A model generated the notes under the pieces. The model was not told where the DNA came from. It saw only the letters and a list, made by a program, of their open reading frames with translations, and ran no database searches. Made by a program: the position numbers and the translations under genes. From a virus (lineage: Duplodnaviria > Caudoviricetes), in IMG/VR virus record IMGVR_UViG_3300046413_000898, positions 1-54,865 of that record: DNA of 54,865 bases. One strand, given 5' to 3'. Below, one piece after another: positions 16,216-26,136 of this stretch. The stretch's first letter is position 1. Each line of letters opens with the position of its first letter.

Positions 16216-19200
16216 TCAGATCGGCTGGGTATCTCGCGCAGCGCGCTTGGTGGAGCGCAGACCCCGGATCAGCTGGGAGCCGTCCAGGGTCTTGCCGGCC
16301 TCCGTCGCCTCAGCGATCCGAGCCAGGAGCTCGAGCATCAGCGACTCCGCCGACGCCTCACCCTCGCCGGTTGCGACACCGGCCTGAGCCTGCGGCACCA
16401 CCGGCGACGGAGGCGCCACCATCGACGCCAAAGCCGACTGCACCGCTGCGGACTCATGGTCGACACCGATACGCAGCGGCCTAGCCTTGGCCATGCTATC
16501 GAGCATCGCGGCAGGCGAGTTGAGCCCCGTGGACCATGCCCGCCCCATGTCGTCTGCGACGGAGCGCATCCCGGAAAGCGACCGGGCGGCGGCATCTACG
16601 GTGGACTCGGCCATGGCCTTGGCGGAGCGGGCCGCTTCGCCGGCGGCGCCGTCGATGCCCTTGGCCATGCCGGGCGGGATCCACCGGCCCACGTTCTTGG
16701 CGAACTCGCGGGATGGCGACTTGATGCCGAGGGCACCCTTCGCAGCATCCAAGGCGCCCTTCGCCAAGTCCTTGAGCGAGGAGAAGAGCGACCCGGCGGC
16801 GCCCTTTACGCCGTTGATGATGCCGTTGACAACGTCCCTGCCGATGCTGGCGGCGTTCGTCACCATGGTCCGCAGAGCGTCGAGGGCATTCGATGCCAGG
16901 TCACGGAACGCCTGCAGCGCGTTGGACGCCCCGGTGGTGATCGCCGAGACCAGGTTCTGCATCGCGGAGGACACCGTCGACTTGATCAGTGACCATGCCA
17001 CCGAGGCCGCGATGCGGATGTTGTTCCACGCATCCGTCATCACCGAGCGCATGCGGGATGCGCCGGAGCTGATGGCGGAGACCACTCCGGAGAGCGCCGA
17101 GGAGATCAGCGACTTGATGCCGTTCCAGGCGGAGGATGCGACGGACTTGATGCCATTCCACGCCGACGCCCACAGGGATCGAATCCCGGAGAGCACCGAA
17201 GAGATCACCGAGCGGACGGCGTTGATGCCGTTCGACACGGCACCACGGATCGCAGACCACACCTGGGACACGAGCGACTTCAGCAGCGACCAAGCGGCGC
17301 GCCAGTTTCCCTGGATCGCGAGCATGCCGACCCGGATCAGCACCTTGACGATGTTGATCCCGATCTGGACCGCGGCGCGGATGGCGTTCCAGATCGCCAT
17401 GACGGGGCCCTTGAGGGCGTTCCAGATCGTGGTCCAGACGGCCTGGATCGCGGCCATGCCGGTGGCGATGAGGTTCTGCACCCAGGCGATTCCGGCCATG
17501 ACGGCGCTGCTGATTCCGGTCCAGATGGACGAGACGACGCCGCCGAGCAGTGACCAGATGCCGTTCCAGATCGTGACGATCAGCTGCAGACCGGCCTGGA
17601 TGATCGACCAGAGGACCTGCAGAGCGGACGTCACGATCGTGGTGATCAGCGTCCACACCGACTGCAGGATCGTGCCCAGCCCGGTCCACACCGCGCTCCA
17701 GTTGCCCTGCAGCAGGGCCAGGAACGTCGACAGGATCGCCTGAATCACGCCGACCGCGGCGGTGATGATCGCCCCGATGGCCGAGAACACCGTCGTCACG
17801 ACCGGCAGCAGGGCCTGGATGACGGGCATCAGCAACCCGACCAGCATCGTCGCCAGCTGGGTGATGATCTGCACCACCGTGGTGATCACCGGCACGATGG
17901 CCGCGAACACCTGGCCCAGCACCGGCAGGATCGCCGAAGCGAGCTGCTGGAACACGGGAAGGATCGCGCCCACCAGAGTCTGGCCCAGGGTCAGCAGCGT
18001 CGAGCCCAGAGTGGCCAGCGCCTCGCGCAGAGGTGCCGACGTCGCGACCGCGAGCGCGAAGGCCGCGGCGATCAGGCCGATCGGTCCGGTGAGGATCGAG
18101 AACGCGGTGCCGAGCCCGGAGACGATAGTGCCGAGTACACCAGCTGCAGCGCCGCCGGCCGAGAACGCGCCGACGAGCGACGTGATCACCGGGATGATCG
18201 TGCCCAGGGTGGACAGCACGGAGATCACCACAGGGACCAGGGCGCCGATCACCGCGCCAGCGGCGGCGATACCGGCAGCCAGCCCCGGGAACCGGTTTGC
18301 GAAGCCCTCGACCGCCTGGGCGGCGGTGGTGATGATCGGGCCCAGGATCTGCAGGGCCGTGATCAGCGCGCCGGAGAGCACCGGGATGATCGGCTGGATC
18401 GCGCCCATCAGGGCTGTGAACGCCGGGGCAAGCGCCTCGATCGCGGTGCCGAGCACCGGGCCGATCGTGGAGGCGAGGGTGCCCAGCACCGAGAGGAACG
18501 ACCCGAACGCCGTGCCCAGCGCCGGGGCTGCGGTCACGAGCCCCTGGATGCCGGTGAGGATGCCCTCGAACAGCGCCGTGGCGCCCGTGGCGAGCGCGGG
18601 CGAGGACAGGGCTGCACCGAGGCCCTCGAGCAGCGCGGACCCAGCCTGCCCGGCGAGAGTCATGATCTGCGCCAGCGTCGGCGCCAGGGTCAGGAATGCG
18701 TCACCCAGCGCAGAGACACCCGGGCCGAGCGCGGCCACGGCCTGGTTCATGCCCGAGAACACCGTGGTGAGGGCGCCCTGCCACACGGGGCCGTTGATCG
18801 CGGCGGACACATTGGCCAGACCGTCAGCGAGCGCGCCGAGAGACGCCCCACCAGCAGCGGATGCGGCGCTGGCGAGGCCACCGAGGATGCCAGCGGTGCC
18901 GCTGATGACGCCACCGAGGTCCTGCAGTGCAGAGACCGCACCGTCGACCCAGGCGAAGAACTGCCCGGAGTCGACGATCCGGGTAGCCCAAGCGGAGAAG
19001 GACTCGCTGACCTGCGCGAACCAGCCAGCGAGCTGCGGGAGGTAGGACGCCCCGGCCCCGGTCAGAGTGAGGAGCCCGGAGGTCAGGGAGTTGATGCCCT
19101 CACCAGCGATGTCGATCGCGAGAGTGAGGTTGGAGAAGAGGGACTCCATCGCGGCCAGCCCGGCGGGCGACGTGAAGGCGCGGGAGATCCCGTTAGTGAA

Positions 19201-20199
19201 GTAGCCGAGCTGAGTAGCGATCTGAGGGAACCAGGTGTTCGCCAGCGGCATCAGGGCCGAGACGAAGTCCCGCACCGCGCCCTCGGCCACGGACCAGTAC
19301 GCGCCGGAGATCTGGTCCTGCAGGGCAGAGAACTGCGGGGCGAGGTCGCCCAGCACGTCGCCGCCGTCCTTGAGCGCGGCGAACAGCACACCGAAGGACA
19401 CACCCATGCCGCCGATCAGCGCCGGGAGCACCAGCGCGGCCGGGGCGATTGAGGCCAGGGACGAGGCCAGGGTGAGGATCGAGCCCACACCCGCGCCGGC
19501 CACCGACACCAGGTTCGTCAGCGTGGTGGCCAGCAGCGCGATCGAGGGGATCGCCTGGTCCATGTTCTGGACCATCGAGCGGATCCCACGCCCGAAGTTC
19601 CCCAGCACACGGGAGCCGGACAGGGCCGCCAGCGAGGCGGCGGCCGCGGCGATCGACGACCCGGACACCCGGGCGTGAATCGTCGCGAAACGATCCCGCG
19701 TCAGCGCCGCGATCCGCGCAGCAGCCACGGCCGTGTCGAGACCGACCTGCATCTCCGGCTTGTGGTCTGCGATCTGCTCAGCCAGACGCTCCGCCTCGAC
19801 ACGTGCGGCAGCGGTCTCAGCCTGGATGCGCAGCTCAGCGGCGTTGCGCTCCACCTCGGCCACCATCCGCCGGACCTGGGCGCGAAATGCCCCATCGCGG
19901 TCGAGATCCACGGGGATCTCGACCGTCGCCGCACCGCTGGCCTCTCGTGCAGCAGCCACGGCCTGACGCGCCAGCTTCGCCGCCTCAACGCGGGTCTCGA
20001 CGGCGACGGTCGCGACGCCAGATGCCGCCTTCGCTGCGGCCTTCACGGACCGGGCCACTTCGCTGGTATCGACTGCAGCCTGGATGGTGACCTTGGCCTG
20101 CTTCTCGATCTTGGCGAGCTGAGCCTTGAGCGTCTTGGCGAAGCCCGTGGTGTCCGGGACACCACGGACGGACATGCGCCCGACCTCGGATGCAGCCAT
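16216..20199 (-). CDS. tape measure protein
   Basis: 1327 aa, Ala/Gly-rich, periodic Trp repeats, LGIKSPSR motif. Confidence 0.95.
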   Translation of the reverse strand: MAASEVGRMSVRGVPDTTGFAKTLKAQLAKIEKQAKVTIQAAVDTSEVARSVKAAAKAASGVATVAVETRVEAAKLARQAVAAAREASGAATVEIPVDLDRDGAFRAQVRRMVAEVERNAAELRIQAETAAARVEAERLAEQIADHKPEMQVGLDTAVAAARIAALTRDRFATIHARVSGSSIAAAAASLAALSGSRVLGNFGRGIRSMVQNMDQAIPSIALLATTLTNLVSVAGAGVGSILTLASSLASIAPAALVLPALIGGMGVSFGVLFAALKDGGDVLGDLAPQFSALQDQISGAYWSVAEGAVRDFVSALMPLANTWFPQIATQLGYFTNGISRAFTSPAGLAAMESLFSNLTLAIDIAGEGINSLTSGLLTLTGAGASYLPQLAGWFAQVSESFSAWATRIVDSGQFFAWVDGAVSALQDLGGVISGTAGILGGLASAASAAGGASLGALADGLANVSAAINGPVWQGALTTVFSGMNQAVAALGPGVSALGDAFLTLAPTLAQIMTLAGQAGSALLEGLGAALSSPALATGATALFEGILTGIQGLVTAAPALGTAFGSFLSVLGTLASTIGPVLGTAIEALAPAFTALMGAIQPIIPVLSGALITALQILGPIITTAAQAVEGFANRFPGLAAGIAAAGAVIGALVPVVISVLSTLGTIIPVITSLVGAFSAGGAAAGVLGTIVSGLGTAFSILTGPIGLIAAAFALAVATSAPLREALATLGSTLLTLGQTLVGAILPVFQQLASAILPVLGQVFAAIVPVITTVVQIITQLATMLVGLLMPVIQALLPVVTTVFSAIGAIITAAVGVIQAILSTFLALLQGNWSAVWTGLGTILQSVWTLITTIVTSALQVLWSIIQAGLQLIVTIWNGIWSLLGGVVSSIWTGISSAVMAGIAWVQNLIATGMAAIQAVWTTIWNALKGPVMAIWNAIRAAVQIGINIVKVLIRVGMLAIQGNWRAAWSLLKSLVSQVWSAIRGAVSNGINAVRSVISSVLSGIRSLWASAWNGIKSVASSAWNGIKSLISSALSGVVSAISSGASRMRSVMTDAWNNIRIAASVAWSLIKSTVSSAMQNLVSAITTGASNALQAFRDLASNALDALRTMVTNAASIGRDVVNGIINGVKGAAGSLFSSLKDLAKGALDAAKGALGIKSPSREFAKNVGRWIPPGMAKGIDGAAGEAARSAKAMAESTVDAAARSLSGMRSVADDMGRAWSTGLNSPAAMLDSMAKARPLRIGVDHESAAVQSALASMVAPPSPVVPQAQAGVATGEGEASAESLMLELLARIAEATEAGKTLDGSQLIRGLRSTKRAARDTQPI

Positions 20200-20254
20200 G
20201 GTGCGGGCCTCCTCTCATTGCAGGGGCGGCCCGCACCGCGGCGAGCGCTGAGGG

Positions 20255-21015
20255 TCAGTGGAAGAATGAGTCGTCCACGTCCTCGAGGGATTTCGGGGCG
20301 ACCTTGCTACTCGGGCGCTCCACGGGCGTGATCTTGCGCGGCTTCTTCTTGCTGCCCTTGACCGCGACCATGTTCGCGAAGCCCTGGATCTGGTCCGAGA
20401 GGTTCTCGAGCAGGGTGGTGTCGCGGGTGCGGCCGGCGTGCTCCCAGTTGTGGAGCAAGCTCTCAGCCCGGTATGTCGAGCGCGGCTCCTTCGGGAGCCG
20501 GTCGATCAGGGCGAGCACGAGATCCGTGCGCTCCGGCGGGCCGGTGACCCCCGTATGGGGGTCAACGGCGTAGAGCGCCTGGATGTCACCGGCCGCGTCG
20601 GGGTGCTCCCTCAGCCATTCGTGGAGCGCGAGCCTTTTCCCATGGCGGATCCGTAGCCCATCGCCAGGGACTGAACAGCCTCCATGCCGTGCTCATGACC
20701 GAAGGTGTCCCACGCGTCGCCGTCGAGGACGTAGCGGTCCTCGAGGAACTCGATGAAGTCGGCCAGCGCATCGAAGTCGAGTGAGGAGACATCCACGTTC
20801 TCCAGGTCCTCCACGCCGATGTCGGAGCTGATGACGCTGATCAGCTTGCCCTGCACGCGAGCCATCTCGGAGGGGCGCATGCTCGTGATCGGCTTGAGGA
20901 GCTCATGGCCCTCGAGCTCCTCGAACTCGAGCTGCTTCTCCTCCTTCGAGGGCTGGTGGTCCTGGGGCTGCTTGGTGGCGCGGGAACGGGTCGTGCTGGT
21001 CTTGGCGGTGGCCAT
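20255..21015 (-). CDS. tail assembly chaperone, long (-1 frameshifted) form
   Basis: GGGAAAA at 20635-20641; the -1 frame is open (RLALHEWLREHPD...) into ORF 20255-20518. Confidence 0.85.
20611..21015 (-). CDS. tail assembly chaperone, short form
   Basis: Between major tail and tape measure genes. Confidence 0.85.
   Translation of the reverse strand: MATAKTSTTRSRATKQPQDHQPSKEEKQLEFEELEGHELLKPITSMRPSEMARVQGKLISVISSDIGVEDLENVDVSSLDFDALADFIEFLEDRYVLDGDAWDTFGHEHGMEAVQSLAMGYGSAMGKGSRSTNG
20635..20641 (-). other. programmed -1 frameshift slippery site GGGAAAA
   Basis: G GGA AAA phasing near the chaperone 3' end. Confidence 0.85.
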
Positions 21016-21164
21016 GGTGAGTCCTTCCGTGACGGAGGCGTGCAGGCACGCTCGGGGCCCAGGGCCTGTCGGCGTCCGGGCTGTGAATCTGGTCGTGAGT
21101 CAGTAGGGGATGGGGACCGCTGAGGGCGCAGGACTCACACCGCGCCCCCAGCGGGGTCATGGGG

Positions 21165-21770
21165 TCAGGCCGCGGGCTCAGCCGGGGCCGCGTATTCGCG
21201 GACCGGGAACCAGCCCTTGGTGACAGCGCGCCCGTTGGGCGCGACGAGAGTCTTGGACGACAGCGCCTGGAACGACGCCTGGGTCTCGAAGAACTCCTCG
21301 ACGTCCACGGACGGGGCATCGCCCAGGCCCATGGACACACGCGGGAAGTACAGGCCGGCGCGCTTGGTGCCCTGCACGAAGATGAAGAACAGGGCGCGCT
21401 CGATCTTGCCGTCGCCGTACTGCTGGTAGTACCCGCCGGCTTCGTCGGTCCACTCGCCCTCGGGGAGCACCCGCTCGTAAGTCTCGCGGGTCATCTCGAG
21501 CGCGTTGACCACGCCCGACCACGAAACGGACTCGTAGGCCACGTCGATGGCGTCCTGCTCCCAGGAGCCCTTCTGCGTCGCGTCGCCGCCGTCCTTCTCG
21601 AACTCGGGCGGATTCTCGCGGGACGTGTGCCCGAAGGAACCCCAGCCTTCGCCGTAGGTGGCAGGGTTGCCGATGATGAACTGCGCCGGGTCGAACGGCA
21701 GCGTGTCCGGGTCGGCATCGAGCACGTTGCCGTATCCGGGAATAATGACCTTGCTCGCGTCGAGCGACAT
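21165..21770 (-). CDS. major tail protein
   Basis: WGSFGHTSREN motif, ~200 aa, synteny. Confidence 0.85.
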   Translation of the reverse strand: MSLDASKVIIPGYGNVLDADPDTLPFDPAQFIIGNPATYGEGWGSFGHTSRENPPEFEKDGGDATQKGSWEQDAIDVAYESVSWSGVVNALEMTRETYERVLPEGEWTDEAGGYYQQYGDGKIERALFFIFVQGTKRAGLYFPRVSMGLGDAPSVDVEEFFETQASFQALSSKTLVAPNGRAVTKGWFPVREYAAPAEPAA

Positions 21771-21866
21771 GGTTCCCTCCTAGGGAATGAGGCAGACCCG
21801 ACCCACCACCCCAAGGGGATGCGGACCGGCCTGCACGAGATGTGCTGTGGGGCGGCTGTGCGCCGC

Positions 21867-22277
21867 TCAGATCGCCATCCGCACGGTCACGGTGGCGTTG
21901 TACTGGTGGACGTCCTGCGCGGCTGCGTCGGCCCGTGGCGGGCGGAACGGCAGCACGTCGACGTCCACAGAGGCGATCGCCGCATGAGCAGGCGAGCGGT
22001 GCCCCAGATCCGGGGCGGCCTCGAGCGCCGTGACGGCATCCCAGGCCAGCTCCGAAGCATCCGAGTTCGTATCGGCCAGCGCCAGGAGCGCGACGGTCCA
22101 GACCTGCCCATCGGTCGCGCCTGCGTTGGGGACGCGGTCGCCGGTGGGGATCTGGACCCAGATGGCCGGAAGCCGCTGCGCCAGATCTGCCGGCGGATCC
22201 GACGTGCGGAACACGTCACTCCCCAGGGCATCACCGAGTACGGCGAGCACGGCCTTGTACGGCGACATAGGCCTCAC
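21867..22277 (-). CDS. tail terminator
   Basis: Size and position upstream of the major tail gene. Confidence 0.6.
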   Translation of the reverse strand: MRPMSPYKAVLAVLGDALGSDVFRTSDPPADLAQRLPAIWVQIPTGDRVPNAGATDGQVWTVALLALADTNSDASELAWDAVTALEAAPDLGHRSPAHAAIASVDVDVLPFRPPRADAAAQDVHQYNATVTVRMAI

Positions 22278-22567
22278 GAGATGCCCCGAGAGAAGGGGAA
22301 GTGCCCGTGGACGGGGGTGCCATCCGGGGCCACGTGCCCGAACTCGATGGACAACGCAGCCGGGTCGTCGGAGTAGATCTCACGGTCGGTGACGCCCTTC
22401 TTGCCGGGCACCTTACGCATCTGGATCGACTCACGGAACGCTCCCGTTCGCGTCGGGGCCAAGCCCTGGATACGGGCCCGGCGTTGCTCCATGACGGAGT
22501 CGAACTCGACGGAGTCACCGATCATGCGGGCGGCTTCGGTGGACACGCCACGGTTCAGGGAGACCAT
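22274..22567 (-). CDS. neck/tail-completion protein (HK97 gp10-like)
   Basis: APTRTGAFRESI and ALSIEFGH motifs. Confidence 0.7.
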   Translation of the reverse strand: MVSLNRGVSTEAARMIGDSVEFDSVMEQRRARIQGLAPTRTGAFRESIQMRKVPGKKGVTDREIYSDDPAALSIEFGHVAPDGTPVHGHFPFSRGIS

Positions 22568-22922
22568 CAGGCACCTCCTCGGTATCGGCCACACGCGGGG
22601 CGCGGGCACTGATTCGGATCCGCTCGTGGGCGGTCCGGGGAGACATGGTGTTCCGGGCCGGCTCACCGATCTGGTCCCACCAGCGCCCGTCCCAAAAGAC
22701 ACGGGCGCGGTGGTCACCAGGCCAGTTCCGGGCCGTCACCCAGTACGTCTCGGTGGCCTGGACGCCGTACGCGACGACCTCGTCGGCACTGAGCGGATGC
22801 ACGTTGCCGCGCACCAGGATCGGATCACCGAGGGGCCCCGTGGCGGAGACACCCTCGTCGTCGGTGGTCGTGCCGTAGCGCTGCACGAGCAGCTCGTGGC
22901 GCGGGTTGGTGAGCAGGCTCAT
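22515..22922 (-). CDS. head-to-tail stopper
   Basis: WDGRWWDQIGEP...SPRTAH motif; synteny. Confidence 0.7.
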   Translation of the reverse strand: MSLLTNPRHELLVQRYGTTTDDEGVSATGPLGDPILVRGNVHPLSADEVVAYGVQATETYWVTARNWPGDHRARVFWDGRWWDQIGEPARNTMSPRTAHERIRISARAPRVADTEEVPDGLPEPWRVHRSRPHDR

Positions 22923-23338
22923 CGCCAGCCACCTGCCCACGGGGCACGTGTGGAGACCCTGGCCGTCCCCACGAACCCCGCATCCACGGCCTTGCAACCG
23001 ATCCGTGCCAAGTCCTTGTCAGGGAACCAGATGTTCGCCGACGCGGACAGGGCGTTCTTGCTGTAGGAGTACCCGTTCTCGGACTCGGTCTTGAGCGTGG
23101 GGTCCTCGTCACGCACCAGGCGCAGGACGGCGTCGACGACGACGTCCCTCACGAGTTCCACGTCCACAGACCCCGCAACGATGCGACGCGGCAGGGACGG
23201 GCACTCACCGATCAGCGCCCGCTCAGCCTTGCCGATCTGGTGCGTGAGCCACTTCTGAGTCTCGGCGTCCTGCGTGTCGATGGCACCCTCGTAGGCGTCC
23301 ACGAGGTCATCGACAGTGACAGTGAGGATGCTCGCCAT
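22919..23338 (-). CDS. head-to-tail adaptor
   Basis: VVVDAVLRLVR...ESENGYSYS motif; synteny. Confidence 0.8.
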   Translation of the reverse strand: MASILTVTVDDLVDAYEGAIDTQDAETQKWLTHQIGKAERALIGECPSLPRRIVAGSVDVELVRDVVVDAVLRLVRDEDPTLKTESENGYSYSKNALSASANIWFPDKDLARIGCKAVDAGFVGTARVSTRAPWAGGWR

Positions 23339-23397
23339 GAGTCTCCTTCCAGGTGGTCTGCGGTGGCTAGCACATGACGTGATAGCCACCGCATGGC

Positions 23398-23583
23398 TCA
23401 CTTCTCGGAGTCGGTGGCGGCCTTGGACGAAGCCCGCTTGGCAGCGGGCTTGTCGGCCTCGAGGACATCCGTGTTCGAGATCAGACCCTCGGCCCACGCC
23501 GGGGCGTTCTCGCCCTCACGCAGGAAGGCGATCTCGCCATCAGCCGGGTTGCGCAGCAGGGTCGATGCCTTGATCTTCGCCAT
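23398..23583 (-). CDS. small head-associated hypothetical protein
   Basis: GENAPAWAEGLISN motif, common after actinophage capsid genes. Confidence 0.65.
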   Translation of the reverse strand: MAKIKASTLLRNPADGEIAFLREGENAPAWAEGLISNTDVLEADKPAAKRASSKAATDSEK

Positions 23584-23588
23584 GCCGA

Positions 23589-24635
23589 TCAGAGCACCTT
23601 CACGGCCATGGACAGGTTCGCGTTGGCCAGGATCGGCAGCGCGATCGCGTCCGAGATGACCTCGGCGATCATCGGCGGCTTCTCGTTGCGGTAGACGCCG
23701 GCGACGATGCCCGGCTGCTCCGAGTCCTCGATCGCGTATTCCGGCGACTGCGAGGTCAGGGTGGTGCCCCAGATGGTCGAGCCCAGCGGGGTGCCGGCCT
23801 CGTTGGTCGTCGCACCCGGGGCCGGCAGCAGGAAGATGCTGTCGTCCGGCAGGACCTTGCGGGCGGTGCCGCGCACGGAGACGCGGCGATCGTAGGCGAC
23901 GATCGGGGGCAGGCTCGAGCCGACCAGGGTGTCGTTGACCTGCGCCTCGGTCGCAGAGCGGGCGCCGCCGTTGAGCAGCTGGGTCTGGAACTCCGCACCG
24001 GCGGCCAGGGCGCGGCGAGCGCGGGTGCCGGCGACGATCGCGCCGGGTGCCTCGCCGTTGATGTCGGTGTAGAGGTCGACCCAGGTCTGGATCGCCTCGA
24101 GGCGCGAGACGCTGGAGTCGGCCCAGAGGTCGGCGGCGGTGATGGTCAGGCGCTCGTCGCGACCGAAGTCGTCGTCGATCACGTTGACCACGTTGCCGTT
24201 GACGTCGCGGGTGACGGTGGCGCGGCCGGTGGCCAGCACGGTGCCGCGCAGCAGCTCGACACGGTTGGCGACTGCCTGCGTGACCTGGTCGGTGGTCTTC
24301 TGCACCTGGTTGAGCATCGCCTCGTCGGAGGCGTTGCGCAGACGGAGCTGCTGGTACTCAGTGACGGGGATCGTCTGGCTGACGGCAGGCATCTCCAGGG
24401 TGAGGCGGCGACCGCCCGGAGCGCGCCCGACCTCGGGCTCGGCGTCGTAGGCGCGGACCTCGGCCGCGTCGATGAAGCCGTTATCGCCCTGAGTCACTCG
24501 GGCGACGATGTCCTGGACAGTGCGGTTGGGCAGCCAGCGGGCGAGGGTGCCCTTCTGCTGCTCGTAGTTCTCCAGCGAAGCCCGGGCGTAGCCGGAGAGG
24601 GTGGCGGGATCGATCAGATCAGTGATCAGAGGCAT
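23589..24635 (-). CDS. major capsid protein
   Basis: 348 aa, strongly biased codons, follows the decoration gene; lambda-E-like layout. Confidence 0.85.
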   Translation of the reverse strand: MPLITDLIDPATLSGYARASLENYEQQKGTLARWLPNRTVQDIVARVTQGDNGFIDAAEVRAYDAEPEVGRAPGGRRLTLEMPAVSQTIPVTEYQQLRLRNASDEAMLNQVQKTTDQVTQAVANRVELLRGTVLATGRATVTRDVNGNVVNVIDDDFGRDERLTITAADLWADSSVSRLEAIQTWVDLYTDINGEAPGAIVAGTRARRALAAGAEFQTQLLNGGARSATEAQVNDTLVGSSLPPIVAYDRRVSVRGTARKVLPDDSIFLLPAPGATTNEAGTPLGSTIWGTTLTSQSPEYAIEDSEQPGIVAGVYRNEKPPMIAEVISDAIALPILANANLSMAVKVL

Positions 24636-24650
24636 GGATCAGCCCTCCTT

Positions 24651-25016
24651 TCAGAGGTAGACGATGGTGGTGGAGGGCTGCTCGGCCGGGGCGGTGAAGC
24701 CCTCGAGCGGCACGAGCGAGGTGTTCACGCGGCCGTGGTCGTAGACCGGGACCGGCACGTTGCCGGTGGCCGGGACCTTCTGGTCGGTGAACAGGTGTCC
24801 GGCGAGCGTGCCGGCCGTGGCGTCACCGGCGACGTAGGGGGCCAGCAGCCCGTTGACTTCGGCCACGGGGTAGCCGGAGGGGACGACGCCGTTGACAGCC
24901 ACGGAGCGGAACGCATCGCCGGGCAGGGCCGCGGTGCGGCAGTTGGCGATGCCGTGGGAGGTGGCCAGCCAGCGCTGGTCACCACCGCCGAAGGACTCAC
25001 GAGTCAGGTGAGGCAT
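24651..25016 (-). CDS. head decoration protein
   Basis: NGVVPSGYPVA and LAGHLF motifs; between scaffold and capsid. Confidence 0.75.
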   Translation of the reverse strand: MPHLTRESFGGGDQRWLATSHGIANCRTAALPGDAFRSVAVNGVVPSGYPVAEVNGLLAPYVAGDATAGTLAGHLFTDQKVPATGNVPVPVYDHGRVNTSLVPLEGFTAPAEQPSTTIVYL

Positions 25017-25044
25017 GAGAGGTCACTCCTTCCAGAGTGGTAGA

Positions 25045-26136
25045 TCAGGAGGTGGTGGGTGCGCCCTGTCGGGCCTGGAACATCGCAGCCCCAGCGGCAG
25101 TCGAGGATGCCCCCGTGTGCCGCTGGTAGCCCTGATGCGTGGACCTGTTGGTCCGCTGGTTCGCCGTGTCGGCGGGAGTCAGGAGGGAAAGCGAGTCGGA
25201 CACCGCATCGGTGTCGACAGCGCCGTCATCGCCCACGAAGGACGAGAGGTTCACCCGGCCCAAGAACTTGTCCAGAGCGGACGGGTCGATCGACCGAGCC
25301 GCAGGGTTGCCGGTGAATGCGGCACGCACCCGCTCGTCAGCGACCTCAGCGAGCACCTGTGCACGCGCCTCAGCCTTGGCGGCCTCGACGGCGTCCGTGA
25401 CAGCGCGCTCGTCCGGGGACTGCTGCGCGCGCTGCGCCTCATCCCACTGAGCGGCCTTGGCGGCCAGCTCATCGTAGTCGGAGCGTGCCTTGGCGGTGGA
25501 CTCGTGCTTGCGGGCCTGGTGCTTCCAGTAGGCCTCGCGCTGGTCGACGGTCATCTCGGCCAGGGGCGTCTGCGCCGGGAACCCCGGCTCGCCCCCGGAC
25601 TCGGACTGATCCGGCCCGTTCGCGCCCTGATCCTGGGTGGAGCTCTGGTTCTGCGGAGCGTCCTGCGGATCGGCGTCCTTGGGTGCGGCGTTGAGCGACT
25701 GCGGCATGTTCGTGTCCTTGTCAGGTGAGTCGGTGCCCTGCTCGGGCGTGATCGTGATGTCCCCATCGGCAGGCGCGTAGGTCGCCCACCAGCGGGAGAT
25801 CGGTTCGTCCATGTCCTCGCCCTGCCCCCGCCCGCGAGCGCGCTGGGTGGCGAGCTCCTCGGGGGTGGCCAGGACGATGACTTCCTCAGCGCCGACGCGC
25901 TTAGCGTGGTCGACGCGAGCTTCCGGGTCAGCGAGCGTGCGGATGATCCACACGTCACCGCGCTCATACTGGGCGGCTCCGGTCTCCATGAGGGAGCGCA
26001 CGGAGCGCGCCAGTTCGGGGTCGCCGTACTGCTCACGCAGCTGATCCAGATCGATGACGAGGTCGTCAGGGGCGGCGTGGGCTGCGACGTAAGTCGTCTT
26101 GCCGGCGGCCGGTGGGCCACATACGGTGCGGATCAT
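25045..26136 (-). CDS. P-loop NTPase domain fused in frame to scaffolding protein (internal start ~25707)
   Basis: GPPAAGKTT Walker A at the N-terminus; GFPAQTPLAEMT...AYWKHQARKHE scaffold motif in the C-terminal half. Confidence 0.75.
   Translation of the reverse strand: MIRTVCGPPAAGKTTYVAAHAAPDDLVIDLDQLREQYGDPELARSVRSLMETGAAQYERGDVWIIRTLADPEARVDHAKRVGAEEVIVLATPEELATQRARGRGQGEDMDEPISRWWATYAPADGDITITPEQGTDSPDKDTNMPQSLNAAPKDADPQDAPQNQSSTQDQGANGPDQSESGGEPGFPAQTPLAEMTVDQREAYWKHQARKHESTAKARSDYDELAAKAAQWDEAQRAQQSPDERAVTDAVEAAKAEARAQVLAEVADERVRAAFTGNPAARSIDPSALDKFLGRVNLSSFVGDDGAVDTDAVSDSLSLLTPADTANQRTNRSTHQGYQRHTGASSTAAGAAMFQARQGAPTTS

Noticed and set aside
16487-19045. Long plus-strand ORFs opposite the tape measure (also opposite terminase and portal)
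   Set aside because: Antisense shadow ORFs typical of high-GC coding DNA; no RBS or motifs
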